This document shows positions 9,854-21,723 of a stretch of DNA of 64,000 bases, piece by piece. Under the pieces are notes generated by a model. It had not been told where the DNA came from. It saw only the letters and a program-made list of their open reading frames with translations, and did not search any database. Positions within the stretch are counted from its first letter, which is position 1. Every line of letters begins with the position of its first letter. Source of the stretch: an uncultured Thermoleophilia bacterium (GTDB lineage Bacteria; Actinomycetota; Thermoleophilia; UBA2241); the NCBI GenBank assembly GCA_963702475.1, contig CAVPCT010000004.1, forward strand, positions 96,001-160,000, in the 5' to 3' direction. Position numbers and translations under genes: made by a program.

Positions 9854-11462
9854 TCACTCGGTGAAGTGCGCCGTCGTGAACAGCGTCTGCGACCAGTCGG
9901 GCAGCAGGGTGATGCCCTGCACCGTCTCAGGCTGGCCGGCCAGGCCTTCGGTGACCAGGAGGTTGATCATGGGCACCTCGTCCATGAGGATCTGCTGCGC
10001 CTGCTTGTAGAGCTCGGCGCGCTTGGCGGCATCTCCCTCGGTCGGGATCTGCGCGGTGAGCGCGTCGAACTCCGCGTTCTCCCAGCGCGAGTAGTTCCAA
10101 GGTGCCGTGCTGGTGAGGGCCAGCAGGAAATACGTGACCGGCGTGGCCCGCGAGCCCCAGTCCACGATGCTGAAGTCGGCCTCGTACCAGGTGTCGGTGC
10201 CCTTGTCGGCGTAGAAGACGTCCGGCGTCACCTGCTGGATCTCGACGTTGACGCCGATGTCCTTCATCTGCTGCTGCCATACCGTGGCCATGGCGGGCAC
10301 AAGTTCGATGGTCTGGGTGACGAGCCTGATGGGCTCGCCGTCATAGCTCGACTCGGCGAGCAGCTGCTTGGCCGTCTCCACATCGTACGGGACGGCCTCC
10401 TGCGAGGTGGTAGTCGGAATAGGCCGGGCCGACCAGGGTGCCGTTGCCGGGATCGGCCACGCCCGGCGCCGCGAGATCGACGAGGGCCTGGCGGTCGGTG
10501 CCGGCCCAGAGCGCCTGGCGGAACTTGAGGTCGGCGCCGGGCCCCTGGTCGCAGCGGATCTGCAGCTCGAAGCAGTAGTTGGTGGTCGAGCATGAGGATC
10601 TGGAAGCCGCCGTTGGCCTCGATGGTCTGCTTCTGCTCGGCCGTGAGGCCGCCGACCCAGTCGAGCTGCCCGCCGAGCAGGCCCTCGATCTGGGCCGACT
10701 TCTCCGGCGAGTAGATGAACTCGATCCCGTCCAGGTACGGCAGCTGGTTGCCCTGCTCGTCCTTGCCCCAGTACGTCGGGTTCTTGACCAGGGTCGTGCG
10801 GTCCTCGAGCGACTGCGACTCGAGCATGAACGGCCCGGTGCCGACGGCCTCCTTGTTCGGGTCCTTGACGTTCTTGTTGAGCATCAGGCAGCGGTAGTCC
10901 GTCAGGGAGCTGGAAACTCCGAGTCGGGCTTCTCGAGCGCGAAGGTGACGTGGGTGGGGTCGTCCGCCGTGACGTCCACCACGTTCGCGAAGATGTCGGC
11001 CATGGGCGAGCCCAGCTCCTTGCTGCGCAGCCGGCCCATGCTGTAGACAACGTCCTCCGAGGTGAAGGGATCGCCGTTGGAGAACGTCACGCCCTCCTGG
11101 AGGGTGAAGTTCCAGATCTTGTTGTCGGTGCTGCTCCACTCGGTGGCGAGACGCGGCACGACCTTGAAGCCGGGGTCGAGGTCCACGAGCTTCTCCATGA
11201 TCTGCTCCTGGACCATGATGTCGGCCACGTTGTCGGAGTGAAGCACGGGGTCGAGCCCGCCGTTGCCGGGTTGCTGCCCAATACGCAGCACGCCGCCCAT
11301 CTTGACGGCCGTGCTCGCCGGGCTGGACGACTCCGAACCCGTCGTCGTCTCGGCCTCGCCGCACCCCACGGAGAGGACGGCGGCGGCGAGCAGCAGCGTC
11401 AGCGCCGCCGCCACGGCGATCAGCCCGCCGCGGGATCTTGACCTAACACGATGCACACCCAT
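9854..11462 (-). CDS. ABC transporter substrate-binding lipoprotein, family 5 (frameshifts near 10912, 10583, 10400)
   Basis: Lipobox LSVGC; GVTFSNGDPFTSEDVVYS, VGTGPF, NPTYW, LPYLD, WNYSRWENAEFD spread over successive frames. Confidence 0.88.
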
Positions 11463-11704
11463 ACCCGTTCCCCCTTTGCCGACGTTGAACGTGTCTGGCG
11501 GACCGCGGTCCGCCGGACCGCTGCACCCGGGATGCCCCGGCCTGGGCGCGCGTTCCTGTGGGCGCAGGGAAGGCCGTCTGGCGACTCCTCCCTGATCTCG
11601 TCAGTGTGGGCTCGGTCGTGTCGGTTGTCCACGACCGTCAACGGAGCGGTCCCACATATGGGACCGTGATTCCGGCGCCGCCCCCGCGGGCACGCGGCGC
11701 CGCT

Positions 11705-12649
11705 TCAGTTGTACCTGATCCGCGGGTTGAGGACGGCGTACAGGACGTCGGCCACCAGGTTGGCGACCACGTAGATGATCACGATGAGCAGCGCCGTGGC
11801 CTGCACCAGCTGCAGGTCGCGGCGCTGGATGGCGAACAGCAGCAGACGGCCGATGCCCGGATAGCCGAACACGGCCTCCGTGACGATGAGGCCGCCGATG
11901 AGCCAGCCGATGCCGATGGCCACCACGGTGATGGTGGGCAGCAGCGAGTTGCGCAGCACGTGCGTGAAGAGCACCTTGCGAGGGGGCAGGCCCTTGAGGT
12001 TGGCGGTGCGCACGTAGTCCATCTGCAGGACGTCGACGGTGCTGGAGCGCGTCATGCGGACGACGTAGGCGAGGCTCGTGAGGGCCACGGTGATGGCCGG
12101 CAGGATGAGGTACGGCAAGGCCTCGGTGAACGACGTGTCGGGAGCGATGTTCGACTGCGACGGGAACCAGCCCGAGCTCGATGGAGAACACGGTGATGAG
12201 GATCAGACCGCTGACGAACTCGGGCAGGCCGATGAACGCCAGCGACCCGACCGAGATGGTCTGGTCGACCCAGGTGTTCTTGCGTAAGGCGGCGAGCAGG
12301 CCCAGCAGGATGCCGATGGGCACGTAGAAGACGAAGGCCACCGCGGCCAGGTACAGCGAGTTCTGCAGGCGCTGGAAGATGACGGGGCGCACCTCGGTGT
12401 TCATGCTGGGCGACTCGCCCCAGTCGCCGCGCACGTAGTTGCCGAGCCAAGACGTGTACTGGACGGCGATGGGCCGGTCCAGGCCGAGCTCGTGGCGCAG
12501 CTCGGTCTTGGCCGTCTCGGTCGCGAAGCGCCCGAGGATCTGCGAGGCCACGTCGCCGGGCAGCACCGCCGTGGCCCAGAAGATGATGATCGAGGCCAGC
12601 AGCACGGTGAGGACCATGAAGCCCAGGCGCCTGAGGATGAAGGTGCCCA

Positions 12650-12650
<1 letters not shown>
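11705..12650 (-). CDS. Peptide/nickel-type ABC permease (DppB-like), frameshift near 12165
   Basis: MGTFILRRLG, LGLDRP..QY, RMTRSS..DYVRTANLKGL, TEAVFGYPGIG. Confidence 0.9.
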
Positions 12651-14821
<2,171 letters not shown>

Positions 14822-14824
14822 GCC

Positions 14825-15766
14825 TCAGTTTCTCCCGCCGCCGGGCAGCATGACCTGCCGCAGGCCGTCGCTCATCAGGTTGGTCGCGATCACGAGCAGC
14901 GCGATGGTGCAGGCCGGGAAGAGCAGCACCCACGGGGCCAGGCTGAAGAAGTTGCGCGCCTCGTTGATCTGCAGGCCCCAGTCGGGCGAGGGCGGCTGCA
15001 CGCCGAGCCCCAGGAAGCCCAGCGAGGCGACCAGGAAGATCGAGTAGCTGAAGCGCATGGAGGCCTCCACCAGCAGCGGCGGCAGCGAGTTGGGCAGGAT
15101 CTCGCGGAACAGCACGTAGGAGCGCGTCTCGCCGCGCACGCGAGCCGCCTCCACGAACTCCTTGTTCTTGAGGTCGAGGACCATGCTGCGCACCACGCGG
15201 GCCACCATCGGGATGTACAGGATGGCGACCACGAACACGATGTTGAGGTTGGACGGCCCCACCGTGCTGAGCAGCACCAGCGCCAGCAGCAGCGACGGGA
15301 ACGACAGCAGCACGTCGAGTAATCGCATCACCACCTCGTCGGTGGTGCCGCCCACGTAGCCGGAGGCGAGGCCGATGGCGGTGCCGATGATGACCGCGAC
15401 GATGGTGCCGAGGCCGCCGAGCAGGAAGATGTTGCGCGTGCCGACGATGATGCGGCTGAAGATGTCGCGCCCGAACTGGTCGTTGCCGAAGGGGTGAGTG
15501 AGAGTCGGGGTACCGAGCCGGAGCTTGGCGTCCTGTTCCTGGTAGTCGTACGGGGCGACCCACGGCCCGAACACGGCCAGGAACAGGAAGAAGCAGAAGA
15601 CGATGGTGCCGACCAGCGCCGCGGGACGCTTCAGCAGGCGGCGCCAGTAGAGCCGCCACTGGTGGGGCCGCTCCTTGCCGCTGCCCGGGCCAAGCAGTTC
15701 CTTGGCCATCGTCTCGTCCATGATGGCCGTGTCGAAGGACTCATCCGTCAGATTGGGCTCGACCAC
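14825..15766 (-). CDS. Peptide/nickel-type ABC permease (DppC-like)
   Basis: HPFGNDQFGRD, EFVEAAR, LGFLGLGVQPPSPDWG; start GTG 15766 inferred (ORF extends to 15826). Confidence 0.9.
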   Translation of the reverse strand: MVEPNLTDESFDTAIMDETMAKELLGPGSGKERPHQWRLYWRRLLKRPAALVGTIVFCFFLFLAVFGPWVAPYDYQEQDAKLRLGTPTLTHPFGNDQFGRDIFSRIIVGTRNIFLLGGLGTIVAVIIGTAIGLASGYVGGTTDEVVMRLLDVLLSFPSLLLALVLLSTVGPSNLNIVFVVAILYIPMVARVVRSMVLDLKNKEFVEAARVRGETRSYVLFREILPNSLPPLLVEASMRFSYSIFLVASLGFLGLGVQPPSPDWGLQINEARNFFSLAPWVLLFPACTIALLVIATNLMSDGLRQVMLPGGGRN

Positions 15767-16067
15767 GTGCCCGTCCTCGGTTGCTCGCCAGACTGCAGTG
15801 GGCGCAGTATGCCAGCGGCGTGTCACGTATTCCAGCGCAGACGCCGCGCAACCGGCTGTTCCACTGGTTTCCTCTGTCGCCCCGCGTGGTTTGGAGCACG
15901 CCCGGCGCAGCCTTCAGGCCCGCGGGCTTGAGCAAGCGCCAGCAGGATCGAGGTTCGCCCAGCATTCTGCGCGGCCCCGCGGGTGCCTGCAAGACCTCCC
16001 GGGTCCGCTTCCCACATGGTGGACGGCGAGCGGTCGGGCGGGGGAGGCACCCGCCCCCCCACTCAGC

Positions 16068-18077
16068 TCACCGGATCGCCGACGTCCCCGGGGGCGGCAG
16101 CAGGCCGCGAGCCTCGAGGTCCTTCGCAACGTCCTCGAGACCTGACTCCAGGAGCTCCGCCCGCGTCGGGAGGCCGGTCTTCGGGTCGCAGCCGCGCCTC
16201 GTGTACCACTCCTCGAGGATGCGGTCGTACTCCGCGAGCGTGAACTGGACCTGGTCCTCCGTGTACAGCGGATGTGGCACGCCGTGCTTCTTCTGCCACC
16301 AGAGGAAGAAGGGGTAGTCGTCCGTGCGACTCGCGCCCTCGCGGGCGTTGTAGCAGCGCTCCAGGGTGATCGTGCGGCGAGCCGCGGCCGTCAGGTCGGC
16401 TTCCGTGAAGTCCTCACCGGTCGCGGCCGAGAGAAAGTCGCTCCACTGCGGCAGGTCGATGCCCTCCACCGGCTGGTTGTAGCGAGTGGCGAACTTGCAC
16501 GTCCCGGCCATGTCGGCCATCACCATCATGTGCTCGAAGTCGCATTCGGCCTGCACGATCTGCGGGTGATACGACCAGCCGTTGTCACGGAAGATGGACG
16601 GGTCACCGTAGCGTTCCTGCCCGATGTCCGCCAGCAACTCCCTGGTGATGCCCCACTCCTCCCGCAGATCGGGCGTCAGGATGCTCATGCCGCCCATGAG
16701 ATGATCGTAGCCGCGCGTGTTGACGTTGAGCGCGAGAGTGTAGATGAGCGTGATCCCTATCCCGTGACCGGGCATCCAGGCGAACTGGCCCTTGGTGTGG
16801 GCCGCGTAGGCCGCGGAGCCCCGCCCCAGCCTTCTGGCCGCCTCCTCGGGGAAGTCGGCCAGGATGTCGCCGAACCCCTCACGGAGCGCGATCCTGCGCG
16901 TGAGCTCGAGGATCGCCTCCTCATTGCCCTCGGTGATCTCGATGCCGTCGGTGTCGGCGGCGGTGATGATGCCCTGCTTCCACAGCTCCATGGCCCAGAT
17001 GATGGCCGTGCCCACAGAGCTGATGTTCAGGCCCAGCCGGTTGCAGAGGTTGTTGTACACGGCCAGGAAGGGAGCGCTCGGGGTCTTGAACGACATGCCC
17101 AGGATCTGGACGAAACCCTCGACCCCCTCGCCCTTCGCGCCCCTGTACTTCCCGTCTCTCACGTGAAGGAAGTGGTCGCAGTGGATCGGACACCCGTAGC
17201 AGGATCGACTCTTCTCGATGAGTGGGACGAACGCTTGTTCTTCGATCTCCTCGAAGCGCGTCCCCAGCATCTGGTCGGAGATCGTGGACCTGCTGTCAGA
17301 GCCCCCCACCCAGCCGAGAGTTCCCCACTGCCGCGTGCTTGCGTACATCGGATCGTCCTCGTACCGCGTCCACTGGGAGCGGCACAGCTGGAGGAACTCC
17401 TCCGGCTGATCGAGGGCGATGCCCCGGGAGCCGCGCACGGCCACGCCCTTCAGCCGCTTCGACCCCCACACGGCGCCCAGCCCGCCGAGCGCCGCCGCGT
17501 GGGCGACGCCGTCCATGACGCAGGCGGCCATGCTCAGGTTCTCACCTGCCGGGCCGATCGTGAGCGTGGCGATGGGGTCCAGGAACCGCCGGCCTGCGGG
17601 ACGACCCCTGTGGGCGTCGCAGAGCCGCCGTCGCGTCTCCCATACGTCCTCGCCCCACGACTCGCGGGCGTCCAGCAGCGCCACCTCGTTGTCGTCAATC
17701 CACAGGTACGTGGGGCTCTCCGCTTCGCCGCGCAGCACGATGGCGTCGTACCCTGCGTACTTCATCGTGGAGGCGAACGCGCCGCCCACGTCGGCACGAC
17801 CGTAGAGGCCGGTCAGCGGTGACTTGCTGACGATCTCGCAGCGACTGGATGACGGGGCCGGCGTGCCGGTGAGGGGGCCGGCGGCGATGATGACGACGTT
17901 GTCGGCTCCCAGGGGCCGCGTCTCCGGTCCGGTGAGGTCGTAGAGAAGACGGATCGCGAAGCCACGGGCGCCCACGTAGGTGCGCGCCCACTCGTCGTCC
18001 AGGGCGCGCACTTCGTGACGACCCGTGCTCAGGTCGACCCACAACAGGCGACCGCTCCAGCCTCCGTTGGCACTCAT
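16068..18077 (-). CDS. Aldehyde:ferredoxin oxidoreductase (AOR/WOR family, tungstopterin)
   Basis: GRLLWVDLS, KSPLTG, KYAGYD, IGPAGEN, GAVWGSKRLK, CYGCPIHC, REGFGDILA, TGLPT. Confidence 0.9.
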   Translation of the reverse strand: MSANGGWSGRLLWVDLSTGRHEVRALDDEWARTYVGARGFAIRLLYDLTGPETRPLGADNVVIIAAGPLTGTPAPSSSRCEIVSKSPLTGLYGRADVGGAFASTMKYAGYDAIVLRGEAESPTYLWIDDNEVALLDARESWGEDVWETRRRLCDAHRGRPAGRRFLDPIATLTIGPAGENLSMAACVMDGVAHAAALGGLGAVWGSKRLKGVAVRGSRGIALDQPEEFLQLCRSQWTRYEDDPMYASTRQWGTLGWVGGSDSRSTISDQMLGTRFEEIEEQAFVPLIEKSRSCYGCPIHCDHFLHVRDGKYRGAKGEGVEGFVQILGMSFKTPSAPFLAVYNNLCNRLGLNISSVGTAIIWAMELWKQGIITAADTDGIEITEGNEEAILELTRRIALREGFGDILADFPEEAARRLGRGSAAYAAHTKGQFAWMPGHGIGITLIYTLALNVNTRGYDHLMGGMSILTPDLREEWGITRELLADIGQERYGDPSIFRDNGWSYHPQIVQAECDFEHMMVMADMAGTCKFATRYNQPVEGIDLPQWSDFLSAATGEDFTEADLTAAARRTITLERCYNAREGASRTDDYPFFLWWQKKHGVPHPLYTEDQVQFTLAEYDRILEEWYTRRGCDPKTGLPTRAELLESGLEDVAKDLEARGLLPPPGTSAIR

Positions 18078-18126
18078 CGTCTCGGCTCCTCTCCGGTGCC
18101 GCTCGCACCGCGGCCGGCCCGGCGAC

Positions 18127-18612
18127 TCATGAGCCGGCCAGTCTGATCAGCGCGGTGCGAGCCGCGCACATTCCTTTCAGGCGCACCGGCTCAACGTCCC
18201 CACTCACCTGCTCATAGCTCAGCGCTCCGGTCGGGCAACTGGACACGCAAGCGGGCGAGCCTCCGCAGTGGTCGCAGAGCCGGACCTGCCGCTCGACCGG
18301 ATCCCAAACGGGACCTGCGTAGGAGCAGACCTCGGCGCACGCGCGGCAGTTGGTGCAGACGTCTTCGTCAATCGTGACGACGCCGGAGTCGGGGTCCTGC
18401 CCGATCGCCCCCGGCGGGCAGCAGGGCAGGCAGACCGGCTCCACACAATCCAGGCAGAGCACCGGCACGGTCACGCCGCTGCGTTCATTGTCGATGATCC
18501 GGATCCTGGCCCGGGCCGGATTACAGGTGCCGGTCTTGACCAACGCGCAGATCTGGGCGCAGATCATGCACCCGGTGCAGAGCTCGTGCCTGACGAGAAT
18601 CCGCCGCGCCAT
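18127..18612 (-). CDS. 4Fe-4S polyferredoxin electron-transfer subunit partnering the AOR
   Basis: Four Cys clusters: CTGCMICAQIC, CLDCVEPVCLPCCP, CTNCRACAEVC, CDHC...CVSSCP. Confidence 0.9.
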   Translation of the reverse strand: MARRILVRHELCTGCMICAQICALVKTGTCNPARARIRIIDNERSGVTVPVLCLDCVEPVCLPCCPPGAIGQDPDSGVVTIDEDVCTNCRACAEVCSYAGPVWDPVERQVRLCDHCGGSPACVSSCPTGALSYEQVSGDVEPVRLKGMCAARTALIRLAGS

Positions 18613-18680
18613 CGCGCATCTCCTCTCTTCTTCTCCATCGCCGGCCGCAGCCGCCTGGGCGCGGCTCTCGAGCTCGGTCC

Positions 18681-20210
18681 TCAGGGGTCGCCCGACGCCG
18701 CCTCGAAGCTCACCGAGGCAAGAACGGTCTCCACGTCGCAGGCCGCGGGGCGATGTTCGCCGAGGCATGCTCTCTGAAGCTGTCGAAGGATCGTCGCGTC
18801 CATCTCGGGAGCCCGATAGCGGGCGATGGCGTCCTGCGCGCTCCGCAGCGAGGCCCTGGCGAGATCCTGCGACCCGTGGGCCTCCCACCGGTCATACGAG
18901 AGCCTGTTGAAGCAGGAGCCGTGCGCCCAGTCGCGCGAGTGCCGACGAGTGTGTGGCTGGGTGAGGAAGGAGCCTTGGGATCCGACCCTCTTGAGAGCGT
19001 CGAGCGCGATCGTCTCACCACTCACGTCGATCGTGGTCATCGCCGCCCTGAGCATGCCGATGATCTCGTCATCAACCATGAACTTGGCGAACGACATCGC
19101 GTTGAGCGAGCTGAGCGCGCCCGTGCCATGAAGGACGAGCGAAGCTCCGGAAGCCAGAGACGCGGCCAAGCTGAGGCCGCCTTCGACACCGGCCTGCATG
19201 TCGGCCACATGCGCATCGGTGAGACTCCCGCCGGCCCGGGACGGAAGGCCGAGGAAGCTCGCCAGCTCGACCGCTCCGGCGGTCAGCTGCCAAAACTGCG
19301 GCACCCCCATCATCACCTGGCCGCTCTGCATGGACGAGACCGACGACGCCGCCCCGTAGACAAAGGGGGAGCCAGGCCTCGCGGCCTGACCCAAGGTCAG
19401 GCCGGCCAGGACTTCAGCGTGCTGAAGCGTGAGGATGCCCGCCAGCGTGACGGGCCCCGTGACGCCGCCCATCACCGACGGCGTCACGCACACGGCCTGG
19501 CCACGACGCGCCAGCTCGACGACGGAACGGCATGCGGCGCTGTCCAAGAGGAGCGGAGACGTCGGATTCACCACCGCCAGCACGCGGACCTCGTCCGCCC
19601 AATCGGCCCCGAAGAGGATCTCCGCGGTCTGGAGGGTCGTCAGCAGCCGATCAGGCGACGCGACCGAGTGGATGGTGGGCTTGTCACTCACGGCGAGGGT
19701 CGCGTAGAGGCCGAAGCCGTAGCGGAGCGCGGCAGGAAGGTCCTGCGGCACCGGGCCGCAGGCCAGCAGGTCGATGTTGGCGGACACGTGCGCGAGCGCC
19801 GCGATGGCCACGCAGTCCGCGGAGGAGCCTGGTCTCCTGCCGTCGCGATCGCAAACGAACGGCGCGCCGGCGCAGGTGGCGATGTGGCTGGTGTCGTCGC
19901 CGAAGGCCAGTTCACGACGACCGCGGGTACCGGCGACCGCGAATCGTGACGGCGCTGTCTCCAGGGCCCCCTCTATCATCTGCTGCGTCAGCCGGGCACG
20001 GCGCCCGTCACGCGAAGCTCCGGACCTCTCCAGGATCTCCAGAGCCTCGGTGGATTCCAGCGCGACCCCGGTCGTCGTCAGCAGTTCCAGCGCCGCATGA
20101 TGGATCAGCTGGAGATCCTGGGACGACAGGATGTGCGCTCCAGACCGCCAAGCGGTCGTCGACTGCAGTGGGGCGGCAGGCGGCGGGAGTCTCGAGGCGC
20201 TATCGGACAT
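18681..20210 (-). CDS. MttB-superfamily methyltransferase #3 (non-pyrrolysine, MtgB-like motifs)
   Basis: NPTSPL, MGGVTGPVTLAG, SRAGGSLTDAH..DMQAG; start approximate. Confidence 0.9.
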   Translation of the reverse strand: MSDSASRLPPPAAPLQSTTAWRSGAHILSSQDLQLIHHAALELLTTTGVALESTEALEILERSGASRDGRRARLTQQMIEGALETAPSRFAVAGTRGRRELAFGDDTSHIATCAGAPFVCDRDGRRPGSSADCVAIAALAHVSANIDLLACGPVPQDLPAALRYGFGLYATLAVSDKPTIHSVASPDRLLTTLQTAEILFGADWADEVRVLAVVNPTSPLLLDSAACRSVVELARRGQAVCVTPSVMGGVTGPVTLAGILTLQHAEVLAGLTLGQAARPGSPFVYGAASSVSSMQSGQVMMGVPQFWQLTAGAVELASFLGLPSRAGGSLTDAHVADMQAGVEGGLSLAASLASGASLVLHGTGALSSLNAMSFAKFMVDDEIIGMLRAAMTTIDVSGETIALDALKRVGSQGSFLTQPHTRRHSRDWAHGSCFNRLSYDRWEAHGSQDLARASLRSAQDAIARYRAPEMDATILRQLQRACLGEHRPAACDVETVLASVSFEAASGDP

Positions 20211-20359
20211 CGCCAGGCACGGCCACTGTGCCGCGTCGACAGAGGGAGACCGAGGGCCCACCAACGAGCTCATCTTGCAGCTGCATCCGCATCCGCGCCG
20301 CCCCTTGCTCGCGCACGGCGGACCACGAGTCGAGCAGCCAGCCGACGAGTCATGCCTAT

Positions 20360-20403
20360 CACAATGTGAAAAAAACCTATCATATTGTGGCACTTACAGT
20401 CAA
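20360..20403 (-). promoter_or_regulatory. AT-rich candidate promoter with inverted repeat upstream of mttB#3-Fd-AOR
   Basis: - strand TTGACT-N18-TAGGTT; inverted repeat CACAATGTGA-N10-TCATATTGTG at 20360-20389. Confidence 0.5.
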
Positions 20404-20471
20404 TGACGTCGAATCGGATCCGTCCCATAGAACCGCGCTGCACCCGTGTGACTGCGCGCGGCCACCTGCGC

Positions 20472-21272
20472 CTATCGGTCGTGGGGCCTCCGAGGCGGCC
20501 TTCCCGGCTGCAGGCGCAAGTGCTCGCCAAGCCGCTCGCTCAAGCCGCTTGCAGCTGCGAGCACCTCGCGGATCAGGAAGGGCAAGACCGGTTCTGATGC
20601 TCGTTCCGAGGGCGCAGCGATGCTCAAAGCGGCAACGACTCGGCCGCTGCCGTCGAACACAGGGACTCCCACGCCCGTGGCATCCCGATCCACCTCGCCG
20701 CTGGCCACCATGTAGCCTTGTCGCCGAACGCTCTCGATGAGCTCCTCGAGGTGCTCCCGGGTCACCGGCCGCCCATCCGCATATCGCTGGCCGCCGGCCG
20801 ATTCGATCGCACGAGTGATGGAATCCTGGTCCAAGTGCGCGAGGACGGCGACGGCAGACCCGCCGTAGAGTGGAGCGACCGACCACCTGGGCCACGACAC
20901 GCGCATCGGCCGTGGGCTCTCGACAGTCTCGACGCACACCACAGAGGAACCGTGTGGCACGGTGAGAATGGCGGTCTCCCCCGTGCTCTCCGTCAGTTGC
21001 TGCATGAACGGAAGCGCCACCCCAGCGATGTCGCCGCCGATCTGGCCCTGCGCGGACCGCGCCAGGGCGAAGACGGCGGGGCCCATGCCCACTCGACCCC
21101 GCCCGAGTCGGGTAAGCAGGCCGCGACGCTCCAGTGTCTGCACAAGCCGGTACACTGTGCTCTCGGGCACTTGCACCCGCGCGGCGATCTCGGAGGTGGA
21201 GAGCGGAGCGGGGGATGCCGCGACAGCCGCGAGGACGGAGAGTCCGCGGTCGAGGGCCTGAGTTCCCGCCAT
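20472..21272 (-). CDS. IclR family transcriptional regulator (canonical single HTH)
   Basis: QALDRGLSVL, PESTVYRLVQTL, TGETAIL, VRRQGY, GVGVPVF, AALSI. Confidence 0.92.
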   Translation of the reverse strand: MAGTQALDRGLSVLAAVAASPAPLSTSEIAARVQVPESTVYRLVQTLERRGLLTRLGRGRVGMGPAVFALARSAQGQIGGDIAGVALPFMQQLTESTGETAILTVPHGSSVVCVETVESPRPMRVSWPRWSVAPLYGGSAVAVLAHLDQDSITRAIESAGGQRYADGRPVTREHLEELIESVRRQGYMVASGEVDRDATGVGVPVFDGSGRVVAALSIAAPSERASEPVLPFLIREVLAAASGLSERLGEHLRLQPGRPPRRPHDR

Positions 21273-21723
21273 GATCCCCCCGGGGTCGGTGATGAGGACG
21301 CGATGAAGGCTGCGAGCCGCACGCTCTTCTCATGATGTGGGACCTGCGGCCGCACGGCAAGCATGCCCGAGCTGCGGAGCCCGTTCGAGCAACGTGCCAC
21401 GAACGCTTGCGCGCGCGCTGTCTGGTAGCAGGCGGCCGGCGACGCGCTACCAATTCCGGCGCATGCGCCGCGCAGTCCTCGACGGCGGGCCTTGTCGCCC
21501 TCATGCGATTCCCCTAGCGTTGAGCTATGCCAACGCTCGCCAGCATCAGCGCCGCACCGATCAGCGTGCCGATCGTGGCGCCGCACCGCTTCTCCTTCGG
21601 GCTATTGGAGGATCCGGGCCGGTTGCTCTCCAAGACCGCGCGGCCCCGCGAGCAAGGAGCAGCAGCCTCGTTCTCCCCGTCCAGACCGCTCGCGTCCGGC
21701 GTGGCACAGAGAGGAAGTGGACG

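Noticed and set aside
7249-9864. Long + strand ORFs (871 aa here; also 22967-24961, 49503-52106, 53820-55703 and others)
   Set aside because: Antisense shadows of clear - strand genes, as expected in high-GC DNA; no recognisable motifs.
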